Source: Octopus sinensis
Lineage: Eukaryota
Direction: 5' to 3'
Length of the DNA stretch: 64,000 nt
Assembly (NCBI RefSeq): GCF_006345805.1
Contig: NC_043000.1
Location: forward strand, 130,944,001-131,008,000
Each line of letters starts with the position of its first letter. Position 1 is the first letter of the stretch. Made by a program: the position numbers and the translations under genes. A model generated the notes under the pieces. The model saw nothing but the letters and a program-made list of their open reading frames with translations, ran no database searches and was not told the origin of the DNA. Positions 1-13,950 of the stretch are shown in pieces.

Positions 1-13
1 ACGCATATTATAT

Positions 14-231
14 GCGAGCTGACAGAACGGTTAACACGCCGGGCGAAATGCGTAGCCGCATTTCGTCTGTCGTTACGTTCTGAGTTCAAATTCCGCCGAG
101 GTCGACTTTGCTTTTCCTCCTCTCGGGGTCGATAAATAAAGTACCAGTTTCGCACTGGGGTTGATATAATCGACGTAATCCCTTTGTCTGTCCCCTCTAT
201 GTTTAGCCCCTTGTGGGCAGTAAAGAAATAT
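14..231 (+). mobile_element. tRNA-derived SINE, family M (head GCGAGCTGGCAGAA, body AAATTCCGCCGAGGTCGACTTTGCC)
   Basis: A/B-box-like head (GAGTTCAAATTCC) and a body repeated many times in this window (34660-35435, 45353-45969, 48531-48763, 51233-51466); tail ends CCCCTTGTGGGCAGTAAAGAAATA. Confidence 0.85.
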
Positions 232-278
232 ATATATATATAACATTTGCAAGACAAAATGTGTAAAGTTTAGTATGT

Positions 279-320
<42 letters not shown>

Positions 321-504
321 TGTGTCCGTGTGTGTGCGTGCGTATGTGTATAAAGATAAAAGGAAGAGAGCACCATACCGAACAAACGATAGATACATAC
401 ATATATGCATACATAAATATGCATACATACATATTGGGTCATCCCATAAATAATGTGTCTTATTCAATCACATGAACTAAAACCTGCATCAACTTGCTAT
501 AAAA

Positions 505-832
505 TGTTTTTCTGCTGACGTCTTTTCTCAAGGTTCGTTTGATGACCCTGGTTAGCTCCCGTACTGAAAACTAAAGATAACTCATAAAATCAGATAAATG
601 TTCCTGATACAGTAGCAACGCTCACGAAACAAAGATACCGCTTTGCACCAAGAATGGTACTCTTTTGCTCTTTTGCTTGTTTCAGTCATTTTGACTGCGG
701 CCATGCTGGAGCACCGCCTTTAGTCGAGCAAATCGACCTCAGGACTTATTCTTTGTAAGCCTAGTACTTATTCTATAGGTCTCTTTTTACCAAACCGCTA
801 AGTTACGGGGACGTAAACACACCTGCATCGGT
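505..832 (-). repeat. Inverted copy of 7939-8270 (3' half of a family C SINE plus about 155 bp of flank) inserted in the mariner 5' region
   Basis: Near-identical reverse complement of 7939-8270; flanked by TATAAAA at 498-504 and 833-839. Confidence 0.9.
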
Positions 833-932
833 TATAAAACTTTATAAAACTATAATTTTATCTTGTACTTATTCATAGTGTTAGTTTTAAAGAGTGCAGT
901 TCGATTTTAACAGTTATATTTTCAAAGCTATA

Positions 933-1957
933 ATGGAAGTGAGAAAGGAGCATATTCGGCATATTTTGCTTTATGAGTTCAATAATGGCATCAACGCAAC
1001 GGAAAGTGCGATGAATATTAATGTAGTATATGGGGATCGAACAATAAGCGCAAGCCAGTATCAACGACGGTTCCGGAAATTCCGAGCCGGAAACTACAAA
1101 CTATAAGACAAGCCCCGTCCTGGAAGATCTGTAGAGCTCGACGAGGACGTCCTGCAAACCCTGAGGGAACAAAATCCCAACATAATTGTTGAGGAACTAG
1201 CAGAGAAGCTTGGATTTGGTCATTCAATCATTCATCGACACCTGCGTGCAATCGGAAAAGTCAGCAAAATGGGTTAATGGGTTCTTCGCAAACTTTCCAA
1301 GTCTAATTGCGCGCAGGTACTGAATGTGTGTTCTTGTTTGCTGTCACGTCTCACGAATGAACCCATTTTGGACCGAATGGTGGACTGGTGGCGAGAAATG
1401 GGTTCTCTATAAAAATGTCAAGCGCCGAAGACAGTGGGTAGGGGAAGGAGAAACACCTGCACCCCAGGTTAAAGAAAGTCTTCACCCACGTAAAGTGTTA
1501 TCTGTTTGGTGGGATATGAAAGGTTTAGTCCACTTTGAACTTTTGAACCTAAACCAAACGATAACAGAGGAGATCTAATGCGAGCAGCTTGAGCGGCTTA
1601 AGTGAGCGCTAGTAGAAAAACGACCATCTTTGGTTTGAAGACGAAAGGTGTTCTTCCATCAGGATAATGCTAAGCCACATACAGCGAGGACGATATTCCA
1701 AAGAATGGAGCAGTTTGAATGGAAAACGATGTCCCACCCACCATATTCGCCGGACATTGCCCTATCTGATTATCATTTATTCCACAGTCTTCAAAATCAT
1801 ATGGATGGAAAAAATATGAATTCTGTAGACGAGGTTAGAACAGTACCGAAGGAGTATTTTTCGTCATGGGTAAGTGAATTTTGGAAGAAGCTGCCTAACA
1901 AGTCTACTAGATAGATTGAAGAGTATTGTAGAAAATGGAGAGTATATTTTAGATTAG
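933..1957 (+). pseudogene. Mariner transposase pseudogene
   Basis: MEVRKEHIRHILLYEFNNG, GEKWVLYKN, HQDNAKPH and HPPYSPDIALSDYHLFHSLQNH occur in successive ORF fragments; multiple stops and frameshifts. Confidence 0.92.
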
Positions 1958-2496
1958 AAAAGAACTTTGTTTATCTTAATTTTGAAAAATAAAAGAAGTA
2001 TAAAAAGACCGCATTATTTATGGGATGACCAAAAACATACATACATACAGTCAGACAGACAGATAGACAGACATACACGAACACATAAGTTTCGAAACCG
2101 AAGATTACAATGTTAGTTATATAGATAAATCGACAGACAGAGAGGTGCGAAAAAGAAAAAACGTTAATAAACCATTGATAACCCTACGTACGAAATGTAG
2201 GCAAACAGGTTGATAAATTAAATTCTCATAAAATAAGAGCGAAGGAAAAACCGCCCAAAGTTGCCGAGCGTTTAACAATGAGACAGAACAGGCTTGTTTA
2301 TATTTTAGGTAGAAGCTATCTGCGTATTTTATCATGTTTTACAGACTGAATGTGCTAAGGGGTTTTATCTTCATCTTAACCTTGTTCCTCTTCTCATCTC
2401 TTCTCATATTCTTTATCAGTGCCTTCTATTTTTTTCACTACTATCCTAAACAATCCTTATCTGTCAACTTTCCTATTATTATTATTATTATTATCA

Positions 2497-2588
<92 letters not shown>

Positions 2589-2782
2589 TGTAGTATTAGC
2601 ATTAGTCGTTGTTATTGATTGTTGTGTTTACTAGAGATAACGAGTGTTCTTTTTGTGATTTTTTAAAAATATTTTTGATATTTTCTTTTTTTAAAGCAAA
2701 CAACCTAGACCTCAAATTTAACAGAAAAGAATGAAAACACATTTCATTAACGTTGTGTTTTGTATACATACGCTCTCTCTCA

Positions 2783-2827
<45 letters not shown>

Positions 2828-3398
2828 GCACTCACACACTGGCACACACACACAGCATACACACACGCATACACAAACGAATACATACACATAATGTATA
2901 TATATATTTTAACTTATACATAATTATAAGGGCTTGGCTTGAGCCTCATTAATGCTTTTTACCCTTTATCATATATATGTGTGTGTTTGTATGTGTGTGT
3001 GTATATGTATATATGTATATATACATACATACATATATACATACATATACATATATATATACAAATATACATATACACACATATATGTATGTGTGTATGT
3101 GTGTGTATTTAGTTTTTGCGTACGAAGCAGCGACAATCAAAAGAATTACGTGTACATTTTAGCACGTCTCTGCACACGAGAACCTGAATGGCTTTCGTTG
3201 CGGGATTTTGCTTCTTAGGATAAATTTGTACCCATACATTTTCTGAATAAAAATACAAAATTTTTCATAAGGAAACAATTGACTTGCAGACTTGAAATTT
3301 TCTCATGGTAATCTCAAGATAATATAGTGCTGACTTGCTTAATTTTGATATCACAACTTGTAATCTGATTTTGTTAAAATTCATAAATGTGTGTATGT

Positions 3399-3784
3399 TT
3401 TGGAAGCACTCCGTCGGTTACGATGACGAGGGTTCCGGTTGATCCGATCAACGGAACAGCCTGCTCGTGAAATTAACGTGTAAGTGGCTGAGCACTCCAC
3501 AGACACGTGTACCCTTAACGTAGTTCTCGGGGATATTCAGCGTGACACAGAGAGTGACAAGGCCGGCCCTTTGCAATACAGGTACAACAGAAACAGGAAG
3601 TAAGAGTGAGAGAAAGTTGTGGTGAAAGAGTACAGCAGGGATCACCACCATCCCCTGCCGTAGCCTCGTGGAGCTTTAGGTGTTTTCGCTCAATAAACAC
3701 TCACAACGCCCGGTCTGGGAATCGAAACCGCGATCCTATGACCGCGAGTCCGCTGCCCTAACCACTGGGCCATTGCGCCTCCAC
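3399..3784 (-). mobile_element. tRNA-Arg(TCG)-like SINE, head H1 with tail T1
   Basis: Head GGAGGCGCAATGGCCCAGTGGTTAGGGCAGCGGACTCGCGG; TSD ATGTGTGTATGT at 3387-3398 and 3785-3796. Confidence 0.9.
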
Positions 3785-5283
3785 ATGTGTGTATGTAATG
3801 TATGTATGTATGTAATGTATGTATGTATGTAATGTATGTATGTATGTATGTATGTATGTATGTGTTGTTGCGGCTATAAGACTTTAGCAGCATCATGATG
3901 TCATAATCGTGTCGACTGTCTTTTGTCTTACGCTTTTTCATTGGTCAATTTGACTGTCCATACGTCGATTCTCATCTTCGTGTATAATTTCTTTTCCATA
4001 AAGAAAGGTTCTTAGAATCTGGCTTACGGCAGTTATAAAACCCTGATTTGGGGGAAAATATTCAGTGACACTCGGTTTGTCACACGAGACCTTGTCACTC
4101 ATTTGCATTGTTCATATTTCATGACCTTATGCCAATCCTTTTAGAGTAGTTTTGAGGAACTAGTTAAGAAAATTTTTCCTGTCGTCATTCTAGCGACAGA
4201 CTCCTTTTTAAAAAATGTTTTTCTTCTTTATACTAAGTACTACTAACTTTTTCTTATTACTATTATGTTGTGATAAAATTCATTTTATATATTTTGACTT
4301 TCTGTGCATAAATGATTGGTGTTTTGCTCAGGAACACAGCGCTTCGCCTGTTTCAAGATTTCACGATCATGAGAGCAGCAACGCCTTCACACATGTGTAT
4401 ATAAATAGATATAAAATATATACACATAATGTATGTGCGTGTATGTTTATTATATATATAAATTCTGTAAATAAATGATTGGTGTTAAATAATTCTTCTC
4501 TTGATATTTATCTGTACGAACTTTCATCGAATTATTATAAGGAAAAATGAATTAGCTAAAGATTTATTTGCATACACCTTATGAAATTATACTCAAGCCT
4601 CCGTTAGCGAGAGAATACAGTCATCCCAGTATGAAGAAACGAAATAACATTCTTAAAATAAAAATGACTTCTGAATTTCACTTCCACAGATATCTTCACC
4701 TTGTTATCAAAAGCACATTTTCTTATCCTATTCGAATTGTCTTACAACGGTGGTGTTAGTGAAATGCCGGTATCTTCAACATACATTCCGAACCCCATTA
4801 CAAGTGTATATTACTTCTAGCGTTCAGTCTACGCCTCGCAAATAAATAATTGTTAACTCGACATATCACCAACATCCACTGTTATAGTATGTATGTGTAT
4901 GTATATGTGTGTGTTTTTGTACGTGTGTGTACGTATCTATCATAGAATCATAGGTCCTTCCCGTGGCATTGTCTCAGAAAGTAGGTTTCCCGTATTCTGT
5001 GGTGTATACATTCTCCCCTACCACCACTACTCTGGACGGGACGCTAGTCTGTCGCACGCTTACACATTTTTGACAGCCAAGTGGACTAGAGCAACATAAA
5101 ATCAAGTGTTTTGCTCAGGAACAAAGCACATCGCCTGTTTCAAGATTTGACGATCAAGAGAGCAGCAACGCCTCCACACATGTGTATATAAATAGACACA
5201 AAATATATACACATAATATGTGTGTGCGTGTAAGTTTATTATATATACACACATATATATGTGTATGTGTGTGTGTATGTATG

Positions 5284-5356
<73 letters not shown>

Positions 5357-5362
5357 TTGTGT

Positions 5363-5672
5363 GGAGGCGCAATGGCCCAGTGGTTAGGGCAGCGGACTCG
5401 CGGTCGTAGGATCGCGGTTTCGATTCCCAGACCGGGCGTTGTGTGTGTTTATTGAGCGAAAACACCTAAAGCTCCACGAGGCTTCGGCAGGGGTTGGTGG
5501 CGGTCCCTGCTGTACTCTTTCGCCACAACTTTCTCTCACTCTTTCTTCTGTTGGCCTGCTCGCTTAGCCAGCGGGGTGGCGTCATTTGAAGGCTAAAACA
5601 ATGCAGAGCGCATTGTGACCAGCGATGTGTAGCAACATCTGATAGTCTGGTCGGTCACGGTGATCACGGTGA
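5363..5672 (+). mobile_element. SINE, head H1 with tail T3
   Basis: Same H1 head and body as 3399-3784, but a different tail (GGCCTGCTCGCTTAGCCAGC...CACGGTGATCACGGTGAT). Confidence 0.85.
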
Positions 5673-5701
5673 TATATATATATATTTATATACGCACTAT
5701 T

Positions 5702-5860
5702 AGGCGGCGACCTGGGAAAGTCGTTTGCACGCCGAGCAATGTGCTTAGCAACATTTCATCTCTCTGCACGCTCTGAGATCAAATTCCGCTGAGGTCGACT
5801 TCGTTTCATCATTCAGGAGTTGATAAAATAAATACCAGCCAAGCACTGGTGTCAATGTAA
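5702..5860 (+). mobile_element. Degenerate family M SINE
   Basis: Diverged match to the family M head and body (AAATTCCGCTGAGGTCGACTT). Confidence 0.7.
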
Positions 5861-6362
5861 GATTTATATGTGTGTGTAGTTGATCTCGTCTTTATTATAC
5901 GACGTTTGATAAAAATATTTTCCCACTTTTTTGTGTCGTGATACTAGTCACATGGTTTAAATAGAACTTGATTTGTTACGACACAACAACTGTTTAGCTT
6001 TATATTGTAAGGTGCCATGTATTGTAGTTGCTTTAGTTGTAAGTGCATAGTGAATTTGCGAGATAGTGTCGTAATTATTTGTCTATTTTCAAAGCAGGAT
6101 TCAAGAAGCCAACAACTTTCACTTTTACATATAATATCACAACATATACAATTACACAAATATAGTTAGGCAAACAGAAATAGTAAAAAAAAAACAGTTG
6201 ACGAAGTGTTTTAAGTTAGTTTCTCGCGGGGGAGAGGAGTGTACAGAAAGACAGACAAGCGGAACGAATTGACAGTTAAACAGAGCGCATACAGACAAAC
6301 TGACAGACAGGTAGGCAGACAGGCAAATAGACAGGCAGAGACACAGACACACAGATAGCTAA

Positions 6363-6590
6363 ATATGTTTCTTTATTAGCCACACAGGGCTGAACACAGA
6401 GGGGATAAATTACTAAGTAGAGCTTTTCTTTTGGGGGAGAAAAAAGGGCGGGGTAGGTTTTCGATCAAAAGGGATCGTAAAAAAAAAGAAGAAAAAATTA
6501 TCAATAGCGATCGTGTATCACAGAAATGTCATGATGTAAAGTGTAAAGGGCGGGATAGATAAGGTTTATCCGTGGAAAGAAAAGCCTACG
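6363..6590 (-). mobile_element. LINE-like 3' terminal fragment associated with GATA/GACA arrays
   Basis: Homologous to 44368-44612; the minus strand ends CAGCCCTGTGTGGCTAATAAAGAAACAT; both copies abut (GATA)n/(GACA)n. Confidence 0.55.
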
Positions 6591-6953
<363 letters not shown>

Positions 6954-7670
6954 TCATAAAAGAATGATTGATAAATGTGTCCAAATATATTTAGAGTAAT
7001 TGTGACATCGGAATGCGTTACAAGTCTAAATGCAATATTTTTAGTCATCAAAACTAAGAAAAAGAAATATGTTCTTTCTGTATCTTATAAAATCTTATGA
7101 AATAAAGTAACTTGCTTGTGAAAATTATCTAAGCAACGAAATTGTAAAACTATCGAGTACCTTCTTAAATGAGTCACAGACATCTGATGCAAGCTATTTC
7201 GATGTGATAAAAATAACTTATGCTTGTGTACAGTCAATAAAAAGAATATCGTCTATAGCAACAGCAGCTTCGAAATGTCAGTCAGATGTTATATGATATC
7301 TCAACAAACAGAAATAAATAATACACACAGAAAAGTATTTCCCTGGGAGCATAAATATATTACGACATACACAGAGACAAAGAATATAACTGCACTTTTA
7401 AAAATCGAATTCTAGGAGAATGTTTCTCGTAGAATGATTCTAGGAAAATGAAATATCTTTTCTTTTTTTTGTGCATGCAAAATGCATCTGGAACAATGAA
7501 CTAATAATTTTCTACAGTTAGTTAATGCTAAATGGTCAAATCGGAAAGTTGTTATAACTGGTGACGGTCTGTGTCTGTAACAATTAGTCCATAGTAGAAT
7601 TCATAGAATAGATGAGTTCAATAAGCTCAGTTGCAGGAATAATGTATTTACCATTTCAAAGATATTTAAC

Positions 7671-7864
7671 TAGGCGTAGGAGTGGCTATGTGGTAAGTAG
7701 CTTGCTTACCAACCACATGGTTCCGGGTTCAGTCACACTGCGTGGCACCTTGCGCAAGTGTCTTCTACTATAGCCTCAGGCCGACCAAAGCCTTGTGAGT
7801 GGATTTTGTAGACGGAAACTGAAAGAAGCCTGTCGTATATATGTATATATATATATATATATGT

Positions 7865-7896
<32 letters not shown>

Positions 7897-8113
7897 TTGT
7901 GTGTCTGTGTTTCCCCCCACCAAAAAAAATCGCTTGACAACCGATGCAGGTGTGTTTACGTTCCCGTAACTTAGCGGTTCGGTAAAAAGAGACCGATAGA
8001 ATAAGTACTAGGCTTACAAAGAATAAGTCCTGAGGTCGATTTGCTCTCGAATAAAGGCGGTGCTCCAGCATGGCCGCAGTCAAAATGACTGAAACAAGCA
8101 AAAGAGCAAAAGA
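7671..8113 (+). mobile_element. CORE-like SINE, family C, with internal (TA)n(TG)n
   Basis: tRNA-like head, CORE-like ACCTTG(G/C)GCAAGTGTC, internal microsatellite, tail GACTGAAACAAG(T/C)AAAAGAG; five further copies in the window. Confidence 0.88.
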
Positions 8114-8442
8114 GTACCATTCTTGGTGCAAAGCGGTATCTTTGTTTCGTGAACGTTGCTACTGTATCAGGAACATTCATCTGATTTTATGAGTTATCTT
8201 TAGTTTTCAGTACGGGAGCTAACCAGGGTCATCAAACGAACCTTGAGAAAAGACGTCAGCAGAAAAACATCACGATATCGTAATCTTCCCGATCCACGTT
8301 TCCAATTATGTTTGTTATTTCGGGATTTTGTGGGATGTCAAACAATCCATCTCTTATCAATCATCTTGCACAAGCATTTTTCAACACAGTGTCTTTACCG
8401 GTGTTCAAGTATTTAAATATTTTATGACTATATTTGCTCTTG

Positions 8443-8645
8443 TGGAGGCGCAATGGCCCAGTGGTTAGGGTAGCGGACTCGCGGTCGGAGGATCTCGGTT
8501 TCGATTCCCAGACCGGGCCTTGTGTGTGTATATTGAGCGAAAACACCTAAAAGCTCCACGAGGCTCCAGTTGGGGGGAACACATACGCCACTGTAACCGG
8601 GAAACCGGGCCCATGAGCCTGGCTAGGCCTGAAAAGGGCGAAAAA
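8443..8645 (+). mobile_element. SINE, head H1 joined to tail T2 (internally deleted)
   Basis: H1 head followed by GGGAACACATACGCC...CCGGGAAACCGGGCCCATGAGCCTGGCTAGG. Confidence 0.8.
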
Positions 8646-8711
8646 TAATTTTCTCTTCAAATGTTAGTTTCATCTTGTCTCTTTGTTTTCTCTCCGTGTT
8701 GATATATGGAC

Positions 8712-8880
8712 AATTAGGGTGGTTTGGGAGTCAGATTATGGCTGCTATTTTCAGCATGGTGGTATCTCGTAGATACCCTAATTTATAATTTCAATAATTA
8801 TTACCTTTGAAGGTTATTTTTCCACGCTGACCACTTGATAAAATCGTTATATTATTTTAAATTAACGATCTTATCCTTAT
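8712..8880 (+). mobile_element. Partial copy of the body of the hammerhead-bearing element at 24281-24799
   Basis: Matches AGTCAGATT..GCTATTT..CAGCATGG..GATACCCTAA..TTACCTTTGAAGG..GATCTTATCCTTA of the 24281-24799 arms. Confidence 0.75.
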
Positions 8881-8898
8881 TTATATGCTAGCATTAAA

Positions 8899-8927
8899 GA
8901 CCCGTCGTTGCCGGGTCATAGTGCTAG
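8899..8927 (+). mobile_element. Helitron-like 3' terminus
   Basis: Hairpin GACCCG-TCGTTGC-CGGGTC, then 6 nt, then CTAG followed by T, which is the classic Helitron 3' end layout. Confidence 0.45.
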
Positions 8928-9774
8928 TGCATGGTTTTATGTGTATATATATGTGTACATATTACATGTACATCTATATATATACATCTATACATAAAAT
9001 ACAAAATACAAAGTTATAACTTGATATCGCTAGTGATAACAATACTCAAAATATATAACAGACTGGAATTGTTAGCCCGTCTCTTGTAATTTCGATCAAT
9101 TGTATCTTGTCCTCCCTCTTGTATAGAAGTGTGGCAACAATCCGGCCTAGCTCAACTTCGGGGGGGGGGGCATTTTAAATTTTTTCCGGGATGTCCTACG
9201 TCCCAGATATAAAGGTAAAAATAAAATATTTCCACTTTGCAAGTTCGAGTCGAGTACTCCCTTGCACGCTCCATTGACTCGAACTTTGCTTCTATTGTGG
9301 CGAATTTACCGCCTCTGATTAGATATCTTTCATAGTCGCACCAAAACACTTTTCGAAGGTGCTTTCCTACATGTGTTCAAATCTTCTTTTTTCTCTACAT
9401 TGTATACTTTATAGACAATAGACTTTCCTTTAATTTAATTTTTTATTATCCATCTGGACTATTCCATTTCTGCACGCTAATTTTATTTTTAATTTATTCC
9501 CATTCATGTGAAAACACTTATTCAAGTTCAAGTCATTGATGCAATTTTATACCAATTGCTATTTTTACTTTTGTTATGTTACGATTATATTAAACTTTAG
9601 TTTGATTTTAATTATTACTTACTACATATAATTCAATTGTTATTATTATTTTTATTGTTAAAGTGAAAGCATCTGACATAAAATAGAGAAATATTTTTGT
9701 TTCCCTTTTAACACGTAATACTGAAATAGTGGAGAAGATATGATATTGCTATGGGCTCGCTCTAGGCTATGAGT

Positions 9775-9895
9775 TGAACATTTTTTTTGCCCATGCCTAA
9801 GTAAGGCATGTGTAAAATTTGAATGAAATTGGTTGTGTGGTTCTCAAGTTTGAGGGAAACATACAGACAGACACACATTCTCAGTTTTATATATA
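9775..9895 (+). mobile_element. Non-autonomous Helitron-like fragment
   Basis: AAATTTGAATGAAATTGG..GTGGTTCTCAAGTT..ACAGACAGACACAC layout, recalled as typical of microsatellite-bearing Helitron ends; not verified by search. Confidence 0.35.
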
Positions 9896-9900
9896 TAAAG

Positions 9901-9935
<35 letters not shown>

Positions 9936-9936
9936 C

Positions 9937-9998
<62 letters not shown>

Positions 9999-10001
9999 CT
10001 G

Positions 10002-10044
<43 letters not shown>

Positions 10045-10055
10045 ATATATATATA

Positions 10056-10270
10056 CTGTAGTGTCTGGGGAGAGTCATTCTCTTTTAGTGCCTTATAATT
10101 TAACACACAGACCGGTAAAATGTCCATTCATTTACTTATTTACTTTTCTAAAATAAAAGTTTAGAAATAAAATATTAGAAAAATAAATAAGTAAATGAGT
10201 GGACATCTTACCGGTGAACGTGTTAAATTACAAGACACTAAAAAAGAATGACTCTCCCCAGACACAACAG
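10056..10270. repeat. Foldback palindrome (about 91 bp arms, 23 nt spacer)
   Basis: 10061-10151 is an approximately 88% identical reverse complement of 10175-10265. Confidence 0.9.
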
Positions 10271-10325
10271 AATATGCTTCAACACACGAACTCACATGAA
10301 GAATCTTGCAAACCAAATCGAAAAA

Positions 10326-10392
<67 letters not shown>

Positions 10393-10942
10393 TCACTCTC
10401 TTTCCCTCCTTTCCTCTTCCTTCTCGTTCAGCTAGTGATTAACTTCAAGTCTGGGTCTCATTTTCCCAGTTCCAAAATACGGATGTTATCCATTATTTGT
10501 TTGTCTTTTTTGCAGTCATTACTTCATCGCATGCGTTTAACTCTACCACAGAAATTATTCCATTGACACGAACACTTTGTTTCTGCATATATTATTCAAT
10601 TATCTTCATAAAGTACAAAATTATATAATTAGAAGGCATATGTCTATATATTCTTTAGCTTGATTGATCTTGTAAATAAAGATCTGTTATATCGTATTTG
10701 AAACCCTGTTATATCCTAAACCTATATTTACAACCCACGGGCTGTTTAATGAAGAACCCAAAATTATAGGTACAACATATTGAGAAAACTTTCAGGCAAT
10801 TAATGGCTAGTTATCCTTATGAATATTCTTCTAATTTTATACATACAGGCACATCAAATGATTTGCTTTTATATTTTAATATGTATATGCTTTTATATTT
10901 TAATATGTATACATGCATATATATATATATAAATATATATAC

Positions 10943-10976
<34 letters not shown>

Positions 10977-10979
<3 letters not shown>

Positions 10980-11230
10980 GAAATGTATAGTAAAACAAAA
11001 TTCGAAGACAGGTGTATGTACAACAAGCAGATGATTTAATTTGGCGCTCGGCAAAATGAAAAATGAAAATGTCTTTTACGTTTCGAGCCCACGCTCTTTA
11101 ACAGAAAGGAATAAGAGAAAATAAGCAGAGAGAGAATGAAAACAAAACCTGTGGATTTAGCGGTCAAGCATGACGACTGATTAGAAAAAAAGTTAGGGGG
11201 TAGAGTGGCGTGTTGATGAAGAGAGGAGGT
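10977..11230 (-). mobile_element. Penelope-type short element with a degenerate hammerhead-like motif (11073-11108)
   Basis: Reverse-complement homologue of about 23380-23600; CTTT-CTGTTAA-A-GAGC-GTGG-GCTC-GAAA-CG-TA-AAAG. Confidence 0.6.
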
Positions 11231-12432
11231 AGGTAGGAGTGAAGAGAGGAAGTGGCTGTCAGATAAAGAGAGGAAGTAGGTGTCAGATGAAGAGAGGAGG
11301 GGAGCCAGATGAAAAGAGAAGAGGGGAGTCCTTTCCTTTTCTTCTATCTTACTGTCTCTCCCTCTCTCTCTCTCTCATTCTTCATTCTTTTCTCTACAAC
11401 CATTCCCTTTTTTATCTCCCTTTCTCTTACTCCTCCTCCTCCCTCCCGTCGTTGACTCGCGACGAGAACTCTGCAACTGTCTTTCTGTCCTGGATACTTT
11501 CAAGTAGAATCGGCACTTTCTGTTGCTCCTTGCCGTTCTCAAAAAATAGCGTTCGTAAAAAATCTTATCTCGTTCGGCTTAACAGCCCTTCTTGTTTGTG
11601 TTACTGTTATTCTCCTTGTCCTGTCTTTTACTGTTTATATTTTGTACTGTCGTTACTGTCCTGTTTTTGTTACCATTTTTACCCCTCTGCAAAAAAATCT
11701 CAAATTTTATTTAATTTGGTTTTCGCGGGAAGGAAAGTTTCATTAAAGTCATGTATCGCCTTGACCTTCGAAACGTGGAGTAGATGAAACAAAGGCGACT
11801 GAAGAAGGGGAATTTTCCTTGTTTTGTATGTCTTGTACTCTATTTTTTCGTTGTTTAAGAAAAATGTCCATTTCCTTGGTTTTGTGTTTATGTTTTCGTT
11901 TCTTATTGTGTTCGACATTTTTTGATGTCCTGTACCCATATATGCATGTATATATACATGTAGAGGTAGGTACGTACATACATGTATGTATATATGCATA
12001 TGTTTTATTTATTTATTAATTTATTATATGACGGAACGCATGCATCCATTTCTAAATAAGATTGTTCTATATATATATATATATATATAATTCTCAATAC
12101 TTGAGACAAATACATTATTGAGATGTCATTCACCTTATTGTTACACAGAGGTTTACATATTACTTTATGTTTTTATATATTATAAATTTGATACTTGCTG
12201 TAAATGCCGCCCACTGGAATCAGATACTGTAACACAGTTTTATAAACTCATGATCAGGCATACGGTCGTATATGTATACGTGTACTTGCGTGCTTACCTG
12301 CGTCTATGGTTTATTTTATATGTGTGTACGTGAATTTAAGAACAGGATTACATAGGTGACAGTTACGCACATGAAAATTAACATAACTTTAGAACTTACA
12401 GTTTACTGTAAAAAAAATACCGTTGCTAATGC

Positions 12433-12976
<544 letters not shown>

Positions 12977-13319
12977 TGTATATTCATACACATATACAGA
13001 CATACATATACATAAATATATATATATATACGTATACATGCATGTTTGTTTATAAATATATATATTCAAGTATATGCATATATGCATAGTTATATGCATA
13101 GACATCTATATATATGTATATATATATATATATATACATTATATATTATATACATTTTATGTATGTATGTATGTATGTATGTATGTACATATGTATGTAT
13201 GTATGTAATAGTTTATACTAGTTATTTGTATATATGCAAGCTGCTGTATATTGACATAGATAGGTAGATGAATACTTCGGTATATGTACAAAGTGAATTT
13301 ATTTCTCACTTGCACTTAT

Positions 13320-13563
13320 ATACACATAGATACATACACACACATACATACACATACACGCATACGCAGACACACACACACATTCACACATATACACACG
13401 CACACAAACATACATGCATACATTCTTAGACTCATATATGCATGCATATATATATATATATGTGTGTGTGTGAGTGTGTGCGTGTATATATGTATATATA
13501 TACATATACATATACATATATATATATATATATATGACATATATATATATGTTATATATTTAT

Positions 13564-13611
<48 letters not shown>

Positions 13612-13903
13612 TGTATATGTATAGAGAGAGAGACAGAGACAGACAGAGACAGATAGAGAGAGTAAATTTATAGTACAATTTAATAATCAATAAAGTGTCT
13701 CCTTATTTGCAACTAGGTAACTACTTGTCTGTGAAAATAACTCTTATAACGGTAGATAATTACTTTTATTGCTTGAGAAATATATTTTTGCGAGTCGTAA
13801 ATAATGAAAAAAAGAATTTAATCATAATACATAAAATGTAATAAAAGTATTGGAAAGTGTGCGCATAACGCGTGAATATTTGTATGGAGATAGATAAAAG
13901 GAC

Positions 13904-13950
<47 letters not shown>

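Larger units (their letters stand above)
434..2033 (+). mobile_element. Decayed mariner (DD34D) DNA transposon
   Basis: TIRs TTGGGTCATCCCATAAATAATG (from 434, preceded by TA) and CATTATTTATGGGATGACCAA (to about 2033); transposase remnants between them; interrupted by an insertion at 505-832. Confidence 0.92.

Noticed and set aside
5363-5440. tRNA-like sequences (Arg-TCG-like and CAT-loop heads)
   Set aside because: They are SINE heads fused to bodies and tails, often inside TSDs, and lack a complete acceptor stem; not called as tRNA genes.
11736-11830. GTCA..TGAC-CTTC-GAAACGT and a nearby CTGAAGA
   Set aside because: The first has no recognisable core or helix I and the second has no GAAA after its hairpin; at most a decayed Penelope-type terminus.
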